A DNA stretch of 64,000 nucleotides, taken from assembly GCA_048270185.1 (NCBI GenBank), contig JBLWTJ010000001.1, forward strand, positions 1,376,001 to 1,440,000, in the 5' to 3' direction. Positions 39,723 to 49,621 of the stretch are shown in pieces. This DNA is from Bacteriovoracaceae bacterium. GTDB lineage: Bacteria; Bdellovibrionota; Bacteriovoracia; Bacteriovoracales; Bacteriovoracaceae. A program made the position numbers and the translations under genes. The notes beneath the pieces are model-generated. The model was not told the origin of the DNA and did no database searches. It worked only from the letters and a program-made list of their open reading frames with translations. Every line of letters starts with the position of its first letter. Position 1 is the stretch's first letter.

Positions 39723-40754
39723 TTAAACAAGTGCATCGCCGTCTCCACCACGAGAGATAAAGGCTTTACCTTGTTGTTCAAGTTCTTTACATTTGTGAAC
39801 GATTTCTGCTTGAGCTTTCTCAACATCTGAAAGTTTTGTTGGCCCAAGAGCATCCAAGTCTTCTTGTAATAGAGTCGCCGCTCTATTAGACATATTTCTA
39901 AATAACTTCGCCTTAATTTCTTCTGGCGCAGTCTTAAGAGCAATAACAAGTTTCTGCTGATCAACTTCTTTAAGAAGTGCTTGAATACCACGATCATCAA
40001 CATAGACAAGGTCTTCGAATACGAACATAAGCTTACGAATTTCTTCAGCAAGCTCTGGATCTTTTTCTTCAACACGTCCCATGATATTTTTCTCAGAGTT
40101 CTTATCCATAAGATTAAGCATATCTGCGATTGGCTCAACACCACCAAGTTGATTCGTATCAATTGTCCCAAGAGTTGAAAGTTCAGTCTTAAGAACATCA
40201 TCGAGTTGTGCAATAAGCTCAGGAGAAACGAAGTCAAGGTTTGCAACCCTAAGAACAACCTCGGCCTGAAGCCCTTCAGGAAGACGTCTTAGAACGTCTA
40301 CCTTACGTTCAGCCGATAGGTGAGCAATAATTAGTGCAATCGTTTGCGGGTGCTCATTAATTAGGAAGTTGGCAAGAGTTCTAGTATCAACAAGTTCGAG
40401 TGATTCAAGAGTTTGGTTCGCACCAACATCAATAATTTGTCCAAGTAGTTGTTTGGCACGATCTTCACCTAGTGCATTGACGATGAAGTCACGTGATGAG
40501 TTATCAGAGAATAGTAGATCGTTTTCTTCATTAAGCTCAGAGTAGAATTCTTCAAGAACTCTCTTGATCATCCAAATTGGAGCTTTCTTAACATTAGACA
40601 TGGCATTGATTAGACGCTTTACATCGTTATCGCGCATATGGGCGAATATAAGTTGCGTCGTACTCACACCAAGAGAACTAAGCAGAAGTGCTGCCTTGTC
40701 CTGTCCTGATAGTAGCGAGTATTCTACATCTGGGTCTAATGATTGATCTGCCAC
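39723..40754 (-). CDS. fliG: flagellar motor switch protein
   Basis: KAALLL, EHPQTIA, MFVFEDL, NMSNRA motifs. Confidence 0.96.
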   Translation of the reverse strand: MADQSLDPDVEYSLLSGQDKAALLLSSLGVSTTQLIFAHMRDNDVKRLINAMSNVKKAPIWMIKRVLEEFYSELNEENDLLFSDNSSRDFIVNALGEDRAKQLLGQIIDVGANQTLESLELVDTRTLANFLINEHPQTIALIIAHLSAERKVDVLRRLPEGLQAEVVLRVANLDFVSPELIAQLDDVLKTELSTLGTIDTNQLGGVEPIADMLNLMDKNSEKNIMGRVEEKDPELAEEIRKLMFVFEDLVYVDDRGIQALLKEVDQQKLVIALKTAPEEIKAKLFRNMSNRAATLLQEDLDALGPTKLSDVEKAQAEIVHKCKELEQQGKAFISRGGDGDALV

Positions 40755-40799
40755 TTTTCTCTCCTCTTCCTAAAAGGGCCTGTTTACTTACTTATTATA

Positions 40800-42461
40800 C
40801 TACGCAATCTGCTTATCAGATTCCGAACTATGAATCATATCGTGCACAATTTGTGCTGCTTTACTTGGATTCCCCTCAACAAGAGAGATAATCTTTTCAC
40901 GAAGCATATTCCCTTCGATCTTCTCAGGGTTAAGCTTCTCTTCAAGCTGAGGAAGTGCATCCTCAAGACCTGGTAACTTCTGGTTAGCCTGTACTTTCTC
41001 AAGTTCTTCAAGAGTACGTGGTAAGAAGTCTTCAACTGTTTCAACTGCGTTATCAGTAACCCATTGAATAAATGGACGAACAACAACGAAGAAGAATAGT
41101 GAAATTGTAAGACCAATTGCAAGATACTTAAAGATATTCTTGATTAGCTCTCTATTTTCTCTTTCACGCATTAAAGCATCGATGGCAGCAAGGTCTTCTT
41201 GTTGGAATTCCATATTCTTAATCGTGATAACATCTCCACGACGAGTATCAATCCCTAGAGTTGAAGCAACAATTGCTTGGAAGTTTGCGATATCTGCTTC
41301 TGACCATGGCTCATACTTTGTAACAGTCTTACCATCAACAGTCTGAGTTACTCTTTTTCCATCAACCATAACTGCAGCTGACACTTTTCTAAGAGATGCA
41401 GTTGGTGACTTCGACTTCGTAACTTTCTTTGGTACATTGTAATTTCTTGTCGCTAATTCTTTCTTAACATCATTTCTAGTTTCAGGAACACCTGGTTGAG
41501 GTCTCTCACCTGGAAGGTTTGAACGAGCACCAGGAATACCTTGAGGTGACGGACGTGAACCTTGTAAGTTTTGAGTATTAGTTACCTCTGAAAGAACAGC
41601 TTTATTTTCTGAGTCATAAGTTGTCTGAGTTGAAACGCTTTCAGTAAAGTCCATATCAACTGAAACCTTAGCAATAACTTTTCCAGCACCAACAACACGA
41701 GTTAGAATTTCTTCAATCTGTTGTTCGTACTTGCGATTTAGTTTTGACTCAAGAGCAAGACGATTTGCCGTATTGGCCGTCATTGCATCTCCGATATTCT
41801 CAGATAGCTTCTTCCCTCTGGCATCAAGAATCACAACACCTTCTGTTCTCATCCCTTGAACAGATGATGCAACAAGAGAAGAGATCCCTTTAATTTCTTG
41901 CTCACTAAGAGTAACACCACGATTAAGCTCAAGAACAACTGAAGCCGAAGGTGGTTTCTTCTCAGAAACGAATGGTGATGATTCAGGGATATTTAAGTGA
42001 ACACGAGCTCTTTTAACACCTCTTAGGTGCTTGATCGTTTTGATAAGCTCACCTTCAAGTGCTCTTTGCTTATTTACTTTTTGAACAAATGAAGTTGTCC
42101 CAAAAGATTGATTGTCGAATACTTCGTAACCAACAGTTCCTGAGAATGAGAAACCAGAAGTCATCATTTTCAGACGAACCGTTTCGATCATATCTTCAGG
42201 TATACTTACGGTACGGCCATCTGCTGAAGTTTTCTTCTCGATATTATTTTGACTTAAGAAGACTTCAACCTTCGTCATATCTTCTTTATTTAAGTCTGAA
42301 TAGAGTACTTTGTAGTTAGTGTGTGTTGCCCAAAGTATAACTCCAAGAAGGAAGACAACGATTACCCCAGTAACAGCAAAGAGTGAAATTTTCTTTCCTG
42401 CATCGAGTTCTCCATAGAACTCTTTGAAGTTTCTAACCATTTTATCGAAAAATTCTTTCAC
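40800..42461 (-). CDS. fliF: flagellar MS-ring protein
   Basis: GYEVFD, RALEGEL, ARVHL, PSASV, GIPGARSN; GGAGG before GTG 42461. Confidence 0.95.
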   Translation of the reverse strand: MKEFFDKMVRNFKEFYGELDAGKKISLFAVTGVIVVFLLGVILWATHTNYKVLYSDLNKEDMTKVEVFLSQNNIEKKTSADGRTVSIPEDMIETVRLKMMTSGFSFSGTVGYEVFDNQSFGTTSFVQKVNKQRALEGELIKTIKHLRGVKRARVHLNIPESSPFVSEKKPPSASVVLELNRGVTLSEQEIKGISSLVASSVQGMRTEGVVILDARGKKLSENIGDAMTANTANRLALESKLNRKYEQQIEEILTRVVGAGKVIAKVSVDMDFTESVSTQTTYDSENKAVLSEVTNTQNLQGSRPSPQGIPGARSNLPGERPQPGVPETRNDVKKELATRNYNVPKKVTKSKSPTASLRKVSAAVMVDGKRVTQTVDGKTVTKYEPWSEADIANFQAIVASTLGIDTRRGDVITIKNMEFQQEDLAAIDALMRERENRELIKNIFKYLAIGLTISLFFFVVVRPFIQWVTDNAVETVEDFLPRTLEELEKVQANQKLPGLEDALPQLEEKLNPEKIEGNMLREKIISLVEGNPSKAAQIVHDMIHSSESDKQIA

Positions 42462-42510
42462 GTATCCTCCTGACACTTGAATTCTTTACTCATCCTAAGT
42501 AAAGAAATTA

Positions 42511-42885
42511 TCAGATTTGCATTCTCATTACTTCTTTATATGCGTCGATTACCTTACTTCTAACTTGATTCATTGTTTTAAAAGCAATCTCGGCCTTCTC
42601 TACTGCTAACATTGTTTCGTGGATATTCTTACTTTCTCCACTCACTAATTTTTCAATGGCAGTATTAGCTTCTTTTTGAAGATTGTTTACATCCATAATT
42701 TGATTAGCAAGAAGCTCTGAAAAACTCTGGCTTCTCTCAGATGGAGCAACTTTTGAAATCTCGTCAAAACCTTCAAGTTTAAAATCTTCTTGAGGGCGCT
42801 CAGCTCCACCTGTTGGACTTGTCCAATCACGCATTCTCTGAGAGTTAAAGACGTCATTCATTGTTTGAATATTGTTGATCGCCAT
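42511..42885 (-). CDS. fliE: flagellar hook-basal body protein
   Basis: IHETMLAVEKA...VRSKVIDAYKEVMRMQI. Confidence 0.95.
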   Translation of the reverse strand: MAINNIQTMNDVFNSQRMRDWTSPTGGAERPQEDFKLEGFDEISKVAPSERSQSFSELLANQIMDVNNLQKEANTAIEKLVSGESKNIHETMLAVEKAEIAFKTMNQVRSKVIDAYKEVMRMQI

Positions 42886-42901
42886 GGTTTAACCCCTATC
42901 C

Positions 42902-43345
42902 TTAGTTTCCACTTCCAATTTCTAGCGCTTTCATCGCCATACTCTTAGTCGTATTCATTACGTTAATATTAGCTTCATAACTTCTTGAAGCTGAAATCAT
43001 ATCGGCCATCTCTTCCATCACGTTGATGTTTGGATAGGCCACATACCCTTGCTCATTAGCATCAGGGTGATTTGGTTCATACTTTAGAATCGGTGGTCGG
43101 TCAGTCGAGATCACTTCAGTTGCATGAACAGCTTGAGCTTGCTCATCTAACTCACCTTCTAAAATATCTGAAAAGCTCTCACGTGCAGGCTCACTTCCAA
43201 AAGCGACTTCCTTCTTACGATATGGGCCACCTTCTGCAGTTCTCGTTGTTTGAGCATTGGCAATATTTGAAGAAATCGCACCCATGCGCTTCTTATTTGC
43301 CGCAATCCCCGATGAACTAATTTTTAGGCTGGTTAATAAATCCAT
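42902..43345 (-). CDS. flgC: flagellar basal-body rod protein
   Basis: NIANAQTT, GPYRKK, YEPNHPDA, RSYEAN. Confidence 0.96.
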   Translation of the reverse strand: MDLLTSLKISSSGIAANKKRMGAISSNIANAQTTRTAEGGPYRKKEVAFGSEPARESFSDILEGELDEQAQAVHATEVISTDRPPILKYEPNHPDANEQGYVAYPNINVMEEMADMISASRSYEANINVMNTTKSMAMKALEIGSGN

Positions 43346-43354
43346 TTATTCCCC

Positions 43355-43762
43355 CTACTTCTCAGAATTAATTGTATATTTCAGCATTCCAAGTTTCTTA
43401 TTCAGTAACTTTACTGATGCATCATATAGAATCTTATTTTCGGCCATTTTGGCCATTTCAGCGTCTCTGTCGACAGTATTTCCATCTTCAGAGACGATGC
43501 CATTTGGGTCTTCATATATTTCTGGTTGAAGGTTATCAAAACCACCATTTCCAACGTCGAAGTGTTTCTCGTCAGAGGTCAACATTTCAAGATTCCCATC
43601 CACGTCTAAAGCTCGCTGTAGTGCTGATTCAAAATCAACACGCTTTGCTTTATAGCCTGGTGTATCAGCATTAGCGATATTTGAAGTTAAGATCTCATGT
43701 CGGATCTGTCTTAAATTCAAAGATGCAGCTAGTGCTTGTAATGTTTTCCCTTCAACCTTCAT
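43355..43762 (-). CDS. flgB: flagellar basal-body rod protein
   Basis: NIANADTPGYK, DGNTVD. Confidence 0.96.
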   Translation of the reverse strand: MKVEGKTLQALAASLNLRQIRHEILTSNIANADTPGYKAKRVDFESALQRALDVDGNLEMLTSDEKHFDVGNGGFDNLQPEIYEDPNGIVSEDGNTVDRDAEMAKMAENKILYDASVKLLNKKLGMLKYTINSEK

Positions 43763-43770
43763 ACGTTACC

Positions 43771-44703
43771 TTATCTTAAGTTAACAAAGTATGAGTTTCC
43801 GTCACCACGATACTCATTGATTTTGTTTCTAAGAGTTCTGATTGAAACACCTAGAATTTTTGCAGCTTGCGTTCTATTTTCAGAAGTGTGAATAAGCGCT
43901 TTCTTGATAAGTAGCTTTTCTGCTTCTTTAAGAGACATAAGTCTAATACCTTCTGAATCATCTTCAGAAATAACGTTAACTGCTTTCTTTTCACCGATCT
44001 CTAGGTGCTCAGCAGAAACTTCTTCACCTTCGAAATTTGCTAGTGCATTTTCGATGACGGCCTTAAGTTCCTTAACATTGTGAGTCCAGTAGTGTGAAAG
44101 GATTTTATTCATTGCTTCGTCTTGAATTGAAACTTCTTTACCTTCTAGTGTTTCTCTAACGATATTCTTAGCGATAAACTCTAGATCTCCTACTCTTTCT
44201 CTAAGAGGAGTAAGTGAAATTGAGTTTGAAGAAATAAATGTATATAGCCCACGGTAGAAACGTCCTGCTCCTACTAGCTTTGATAAATTCTTAGTTGTTG
44301 TTGCAATCATTCTTACGTCAATTTCGTAATCAGTTAGCTCTCCAAGAATCTTGTGTAATTTCTTTTGAAATGTATCTTCAAGACCATCAACATTTACTAG
44401 AACTACTGTTCCACCGTTTGCGTTCTCGAATGCACCTTTGTTAAAACGACCTGTTTCAGGGTCTCTGTATCCAAGGATTTCATTTTCTACCTGATTTGAA
44501 TCTGCTGAACAATCAACAGTCACAAATGGCTTTCCTTGTCTTGTTGAGTTTTCGTGAATGAAACCTGCTAGTGTCTTCTTACCAACACCTGCTTCACCTA
44601 CGATAAGTACTGGTGCTTTAGTAACAGCTACGTTGTTCGCAACTTTCAAAGCTTTTACTATTTTAGGATCCTGTCCAAAAATCTCAGCTGTAAACGTATT
44701 CAT
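43771..44703 (-). CDS. atypical sigma54-activator-like AAA+/Fis-HTH protein without sensor domain
   Basis: Walker A GEAGVGKK, NRTQAAKILGVSIRTLRNK HTH; no GAFTGA, degenerate Walker B; GGAGG before ATG 44703. Confidence 0.85.
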   Translation of the reverse strand: MNTFTAEIFGQDPKIVKALKVANNVAVTKAPVLIVGEAGVGKKTLAGFIHENSTRQGKPFVTVDCSADSNQVENEILGYRDPETGRFNKGAFENANGGTVVLVNVDGLEDTFQKKLHKILGELTDYEIDVRMIATTTKNLSKLVGAGRFYRGLYTFISSNSISLTPLRERVGDLEFIAKNIVRETLEGKEVSIQDEAMNKILSHYWTHNVKELKAVIENALANFEGEEVSAEHLEIGEKKAVNVISEDDSEGIRLMSLKEAEKLLIKKALIHTSENRTQAAKILGVSIRTLRNKINEYRGDGNSYFVNLR

Positions 44704-44743
44704 TTGACCTCCTGTCTGTCGTGCCCGATCCGTGGGCAAAATA

Positions 44744-47416
44744 TTAAAGTGTACGTTTCTTTAAATTAATTAATGTTAGCTCTGTCCTCGCTAACTCTTT
44801 CAGATAATCCTTAGCTTCTGCATCTGATAGGATTTCATTTAATAATTTCTCACCAGTTGTGAAATCGTTCTGTCTTAGGCTTTCCTTTCCTAATAGGAAC
44901 TTCACACGATTCTTATAGATTGATGCTTTAAATTCATCTAAGAACGTACGGGCCTCATCTGAAGCTAGTTTATTTGTGTTCTTAAATAGAATTTCGATTC
45001 TTTGGTAATTTACTCTTTCCTTAAGTCCATCTACTACTTGATTAGCTACTTGGAATGAACTCGCATCTTTTAAAAGAGCAGCTGAAACTTTAAGATATTT
45101 ATTGTACTTCTTGCTCTCATAGATTGATTCTAGGTAGAACTGAATTGAGTCAACAAGATCTTTAGGGTCAATCGAGTTAGCATTTGCGCCACTTGCATAG
45201 AATTTCTCATATTCTTTTTCGGCACGAGCAAAGTCACCTTTCTTGTAGTGAGCTAGTGCCTTATAGAAAGTGATCTTTTCGAAATTTGGGTATGATTTTT
45301 CAGTGCTCGCGATAATGCGATCTACTGATGAGTAATTCTTTAGTTTGAGATTTCTTAGAATTTGTAGCTCGTTCTTATACAAGTCCAATTTCTTAACTTC
45401 CTTACGTGGAACCCAGAGAGGGAAAGTATGAGCGACTTCCTTAGTGCTCGCTACCATTTTCTCATACATTTTCTGAAATCCGTCCCATAGTGTAAGATTT
45501 ATATACGATTTAGCGATAATAAATTGTACTTCTGGATCTGTTCCAATTTTCTTAAAGTAAGTATTTTTATAAATTTCCCATGCTCTAATGGCACGAGCAT
45601 ACTTACCTTCATCAAAATTCGACTTGATAATACCGTAAACCACTTCAGCACCATCAGCTTCAAAAACCTTCTTCTCACTTAACTTCATTCCAGCAATTGG
45701 AAGAGCTGTTAAGAAAGTTAAGGCTTCTTCATACTTACCATCAACAATAAAGCTTCTTAAACGTGTTTGCCAAAGTAGCTTTTCAAGGTCTTGGTTAAGC
45801 TTCTTATCAGTCCCCTTATCAAGGAAGATACGAGTTTCAAGGTCTTGCTCAGTTGGACGAGTCTTTCTAATCGTTCTAAGGCCAACATAGCGGATTCTAG
45901 CCTCAAGGCTTACATCGGCGTTTTGCGCACGGTTAATAGCGTTCTTATAAAGCTCTAAAACGACATTCTTAGGCTTATCTTGGATATCTGAGATAAGTGC
46001 CATTCTAAGTCTTGCTTGAGCTGCTTCACTCATATAAGAGTACTTTGAAATGAACGTGTCATAGATTTTAAAAGCTTTATCATATTCAGAAGTTCTAAAA
46101 TACGCCTCAGCTGCGTTGTAGTAGATTGAACCTAAGAATTCACCCTTATGTGACTTTTCAAAGTTTTCATAAGCTTGGATTACTTTCTCTTCATCATTTT
46201 GCTTAAGGTAAGTGTAGATTTCATAGGCCTTAAGCTTCTGCTTTGAAATAATCTTGATAAGTGTCTTATCATTGATGAGGTTCTTCACCTTATCAACTTG
46301 ATTAAGATCAGCAAGAGATGAAAGGATATACTCTCCTGTGAACTCAAGCTCTTCATAATCAAAATTCTCTTTAGCATCACTGAAGAATCTCTTGGCGTAT
46401 TTTAGGGCCTTTACATAGTCCTTACGCTCTCTGTAGAACTGAACAAGGTACTTGTAAATCCCCTTTCTTAGATCATAGATATCTGTGCGATCAAGAATAT
46501 TTGTATACATCGAAACGGCAGTATCAACTGGCTTGATATCGCCTTTTTCAAGTGTTTCTCTTAAAAGAGCATTCGCCTTCATATAGTCGTTATATGGGCT
46601 ATATGCTTTTGGAAACTTCTGCTCATATAGTTTAATGGACTTATACATCAGTCCCCACTTCCCTTTTCTATAAAGGTTAAGTGTTAACTGCATATGGGCC
46701 TCTTGTTCATTTTTCTTATAATCAAAATTCTTGATTGGGAAAAAGTACTCGGCCGTCTTACGGTTAGTGTGAATTTGTTTTTTTAGTTCAGGTGCAAGAG
46801 CTTGATAATTCCAAATAAAAGATGCCCCGTATCTAAAGTCGCGGTATTCCTTCTCGACCTTTTTTACAGGGGCAGCCTTAACAACTTTTTTCTTAACAAC
46901 TTTACTTGGAGCCTTTTTAATAGCTTGAGCTTTACTCACAAACTTAGGCTTAGAATCTTGAACAGTATTTTTAACAAGCTCTGCAGAGTTCTTTATTGCT
47001 GCTTGCTTATTACTTACACTTCCATCTTTCCAAAAATCAACAAAGTAAGCACGATCACGGTTCTTATAGAATGAGAATACTTCAACATTCTTCTTAAGGT
47101 TTAATGTGATTGTGAAAATATTATTTCCAGAAGTTGGCTCAGTATAAGAGATATTCTTTATATACTTTGAAGATGAGAAATTCTTTAAACCATCTTTAAC
47201 TTGAGAGTAAATCTCTGCATCAAGCGTAGAGAAAGACACTTCGAGGTTTGACTTGGTTACATTTACCAATTTTTTATCAATAAAGAACTTTACTCTTAAG
47301 AAGTCTTTGTGTGACTCAGGTGTAACAATATTTGCATTGGCGAAATTAAAAAGAAGCGTACTAAAAATTAGTACAAAAAGAGATAATAAATTTTTTGAAT
47401 TAAAATCTATCTTCAT
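44744..47416 (-). CDS. large exported TPR-repeat protein heading the flagellar operon
   Basis: signal peptide; many TPR-like helices (AEAYFRTSEYDKA, ALAHYKKGDFARA). Confidence 0.8.
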   Translation of the reverse strand: MKIDFNSKNLLSLFVLIFSTLLFNFANANIVTPESHKDFLRVKFFIDKKLVNVTKSNLEVSFSTLDAEIYSQVKDGLKNFSSSKYIKNISYTEPTSGNNIFTITLNLKKNVEVFSFYKNRDRAYFVDFWKDGSVSNKQAAIKNSAELVKNTVQDSKPKFVSKAQAIKKAPSKVVKKKVVKAAPVKKVEKEYRDFRYGASFIWNYQALAPELKKQIHTNRKTAEYFFPIKNFDYKKNEQEAHMQLTLNLYRKGKWGLMYKSIKLYEQKFPKAYSPYNDYMKANALLRETLEKGDIKPVDTAVSMYTNILDRTDIYDLRKGIYKYLVQFYRERKDYVKALKYAKRFFSDAKENFDYEELEFTGEYILSSLADLNQVDKVKNLINDKTLIKIISKQKLKAYEIYTYLKQNDEEKVIQAYENFEKSHKGEFLGSIYYNAAEAYFRTSEYDKAFKIYDTFISKYSYMSEAAQARLRMALISDIQDKPKNVVLELYKNAINRAQNADVSLEARIRYVGLRTIRKTRPTEQDLETRIFLDKGTDKKLNQDLEKLLWQTRLRSFIVDGKYEEALTFLTALPIAGMKLSEKKVFEADGAEVVYGIIKSNFDEGKYARAIRAWEIYKNTYFKKIGTDPEVQFIIAKSYINLTLWDGFQKMYEKMVASTKEVAHTFPLWVPRKEVKKLDLYKNELQILRNLKLKNYSSVDRIIASTEKSYPNFEKITFYKALAHYKKGDFARAEKEYEKFYASGANANSIDPKDLVDSIQFYLESIYESKKYNKYLKVSAALLKDASSFQVANQVVDGLKERVNYQRIEILFKNTNKLASDEARTFLDEFKASIYKNRVKFLLGKESLRQNDFTTGEKLLNEILSDAEAKDYLKELARTELTLINLKKRTL

Positions 47417-47590
47417 GTTGGTAGAAACTTCCTGTTTCAAATTTAATAACGTCAATTATTTGGCAATTTCTTCTTCCTGAAGGATGCCTCAATCTATTTT
47501 ACAATATTTTGAAATAATTCAAAGGAAAATTTTTCTCGTAGGACATTTTTTCCATGTCAAAGTAATGGCATGACAGAATTCTAGGGATTT

Positions 47591-47616
47591 AAAAAGCCGA
47601 CTACAAGAGTCGGCTT
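47591..47616 (-). terminator. rho-independent terminator
   Basis: minus strand AAGCCGACT-CTTGT-AGTCGGCTT-TTT. Confidence 0.85.
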
Positions 47617-47657
47617 AAGTATTGGTGTCATAATGGCATTGAAAAAGGAATTATTAT

Positions 47658-49196
47658 TTATTGTGAAACAATATCTAAATTTCTCTTCTTCATTTTTTCA
47701 ATAAGTGTCGTACGGTTCATCTGTAGCAGCTTTGAAGCTTGGTTCTTATTTCCATTTGTCTTCGTTAGTGCTTGTTTAATTAGCGACTCTTCAACTTCAT
47801 TCATAAAATCTTTTAGATTAATACCATTATCTGGCAGACTAACTAAATCATCTGTATCAATAGTTGAACGATTTGTTAGAGCTAAAATCTTCGGCGGTAA
47901 ATCTTGCGGTCTGATCTTATTTCCACCTCTAAGAATAACTAGACGCTCGACCAGGTTCTCTAGTTCACGAACATTTCCTGGCCATTCATAAGACATAAGA
48001 ATTTCAAATGTCTCATCATCTAGCTCAATAGCATTTCTTCCATCAGCACTTACAAAGCGTGAAAGGAAGTATGAAATAAGAAGAGGAATATCTTCTCTTC
48101 TATCTTTAAGAGCTGGAATCTTTATAGGAATAACATTTAAACGGTAATATAAGTCTTCTCTAAAATTACCTTGCTGAACAGAGTCCTCAAGGTTTCTGTG
48201 AGTTGCTGTAATAATACGAACATCAACAGGAGTTGAAGTTGATGAACCAACTCTTTCTATTTCTCTTTGCTGTAGAACTCTTAGAAGTTTAACCTGCAAT
48301 AGAAGTGGCATATCACCAATTTCGTCCAGAAAGATCGTTCCACCATTAGCTACTTCAAAACGCCCAAGACGATTTGAAACAGCACCAGTAAAGGCGCCTT
48401 TCTCATGCCCAAAAAGCTCACTTTCTAAAAGCTCTCCAGGAATAGCACCACAGTTTACATTAACAATTTTATTTTCATTTCTTTGAGAACACTGGTGAAT
48501 GGCCTTGGCCACTAGTTCCTTCCCAGTTCCAGAAGGTCCACCGATTAAGACAGTCGAATTAGAAGCCGCAACTTTCTTAATACGATCGTAGATCTTTCTC
48601 ATTGGTTTCGAGCGGCCAATCATTCCACAAAACATATCGTCTTCAGTAGGCATCTCTAATTTATACTTAGTTCCAAATGACTTATTACTTGAAGAAGGCT
48701 TCATTTCAGAGTGAAACTCAAGGCTTTCACGATATTCAAGCTTATTGACAAGAGCACGAATCACAAGATCTTTCAGTGCATCGAGATCAAATGGTTTTGT
48801 TAGATAATGAAAAACACCTTTCTTTGTCGCTGCAATTGCCGTCTCAATCGAGGCAAAGCCTGTCATGACAATAGAAGCAAAGCTTAGGCCCTTCTCTTTA
48901 AGAAGGTCGATAAGGTAGAGCCCATCAGAAGAACTATCTTCAAAGCTAATATCAGTGATTAAGCAAAAACGATCCATCTCATTCTTTGTAATATGCTCAA
49001 TCGCCAAATTAGGAGAAGTGAAGCTTACAACTTCGAGATTGATCTTCTTTGAAAGGTATTTTGTGATCATCGCAGAAAGAGTTAAATCATCTTCTACGAC
49101 AATAATAACTGGTTTTGTTGTTTGATCGATTTTGACGTCGTTTGTTGACTCATCATTGGAAAATGCATCAGTCAAAAAGTTAAAATCATTCTTCAT
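47658..49196 (-). CDS. sigma54-dependent response regulator (REC-AAA+-HTH), likely flagellar regulator
   Basis: REC domain (EDD, TD, TG, KP), [31 protein letters not shown], Fis HTH. Confidence 0.93.
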   Translation of the reverse strand: MKNDFNFLTDAFSNDESTNDVKIDQTTKPVIIVVEDDLTLSAMITKYLSKKINLEVVSFTSPNLAIEHITKNEMDRFCLITDISFEDSSSDGLYLIDLLKEKGLSFASIVMTGFASIETAIAATKKGVFHYLTKPFDLDALKDLVIRALVNKLEYRESLEFHSEMKPSSSNKSFGTKYKLEMPTEDDMFCGMIGRSKPMRKIYDRIKKVAASNSTVLIGGPSGTGKELVAKAIHQCSQRNENKIVNVNCGAIPGELLESELFGHEKGAFTGAVSNRLGRFEVANGGTIFLDEIGDMPLLLQVKLLRVLQQREIERVGSSTSTPVDVRIITATHRNLEDSVQQGNFREDLYYRLNVIPIKIPALKDRREDIPLLISYFLSRFVSADGRNAIELDDETFEILMSYEWPGNVRELENLVERLVILRGGNKIRPQDLPPKILALTNRSTIDTDDLVSLPDNGINLKDFMNEVEESLIKQALTKTNGNKNQASKLLQMNRTTLIEKMKKRNLDIVSQ

Positions 49197-49333
49197 GTGT
49201 TGTTGCCCCTCGCATGAGGTTTAAAATTGTCCCACTAAAATGGTATCGAATAAGTTGAGGACGTGTCAATTTTTTAACACCATGACAATTCTGCCTGAAG
49301 CCGCGTAAACACTGAATATTATAGAATTTCTTT

Positions 49334-49564
49334 CTAAAAGTTTCTTACAAGTTCTAAAACGAAGTGCACAATTTTATCTGGTCCACCGGCCCAAACCCAT
49401 AGTACGAGAAAGAAAGTTGAGAAGGCCGAACACACCCCAAAAAGCAAAGGCGGAAGAGTATAGCCACGCAGCCAGTAGTAATAGGCAAAGCGCGTTGCAA
49501 TAATGATGATCGGTATTGACCAGAATGGTGTGTACCTGAGGGTAAACATGAGAGTTTCGTTCAT
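49334..49564 (-). CDS. small membrane protein
   Basis: 76 aa with two hydrophobic helices, fills an intergenic gap. Confidence 0.6.
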   Translation of the reverse strand: MNETLMFTLRYTPFWSIPIIIIATRFAYYYWLRGYTLPPLLFGVCSAFSTFFLVLWVWAGGPDKIVHFVLELVRNF

Positions 49565-49588
49565 AGGATAAGTATAATCGGATTTAGG

Positions 49589-49618
49589 AAAAAAGAAAGG
49601 CTCCTTTCGGAGCCTTTT
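49589..49618 (-). terminator. rho-independent terminator downstream of metK and its duplicated 3' end
   Basis: minus strand AAAGGCTCC-GAAA-GGAGCCTTT followed by a T-tract. Confidence 0.88.
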
Positions 49619-49621
49619 ATT

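Noticed and set aside
39701..40258. 185-aa alternative ORF overlapping fliG, and other short track ORFs nested in or antisense to long genes
   Set aside because: Off-frame or antisense shadows of well-supported genes, without RBS or recognisable motifs
42482..42506. Hairpin between fliE and fliF (and a similar one near 44722-44738)
   Set aside because: Short intra-operon stems without clear U-tracts; ordinary stability elements at most
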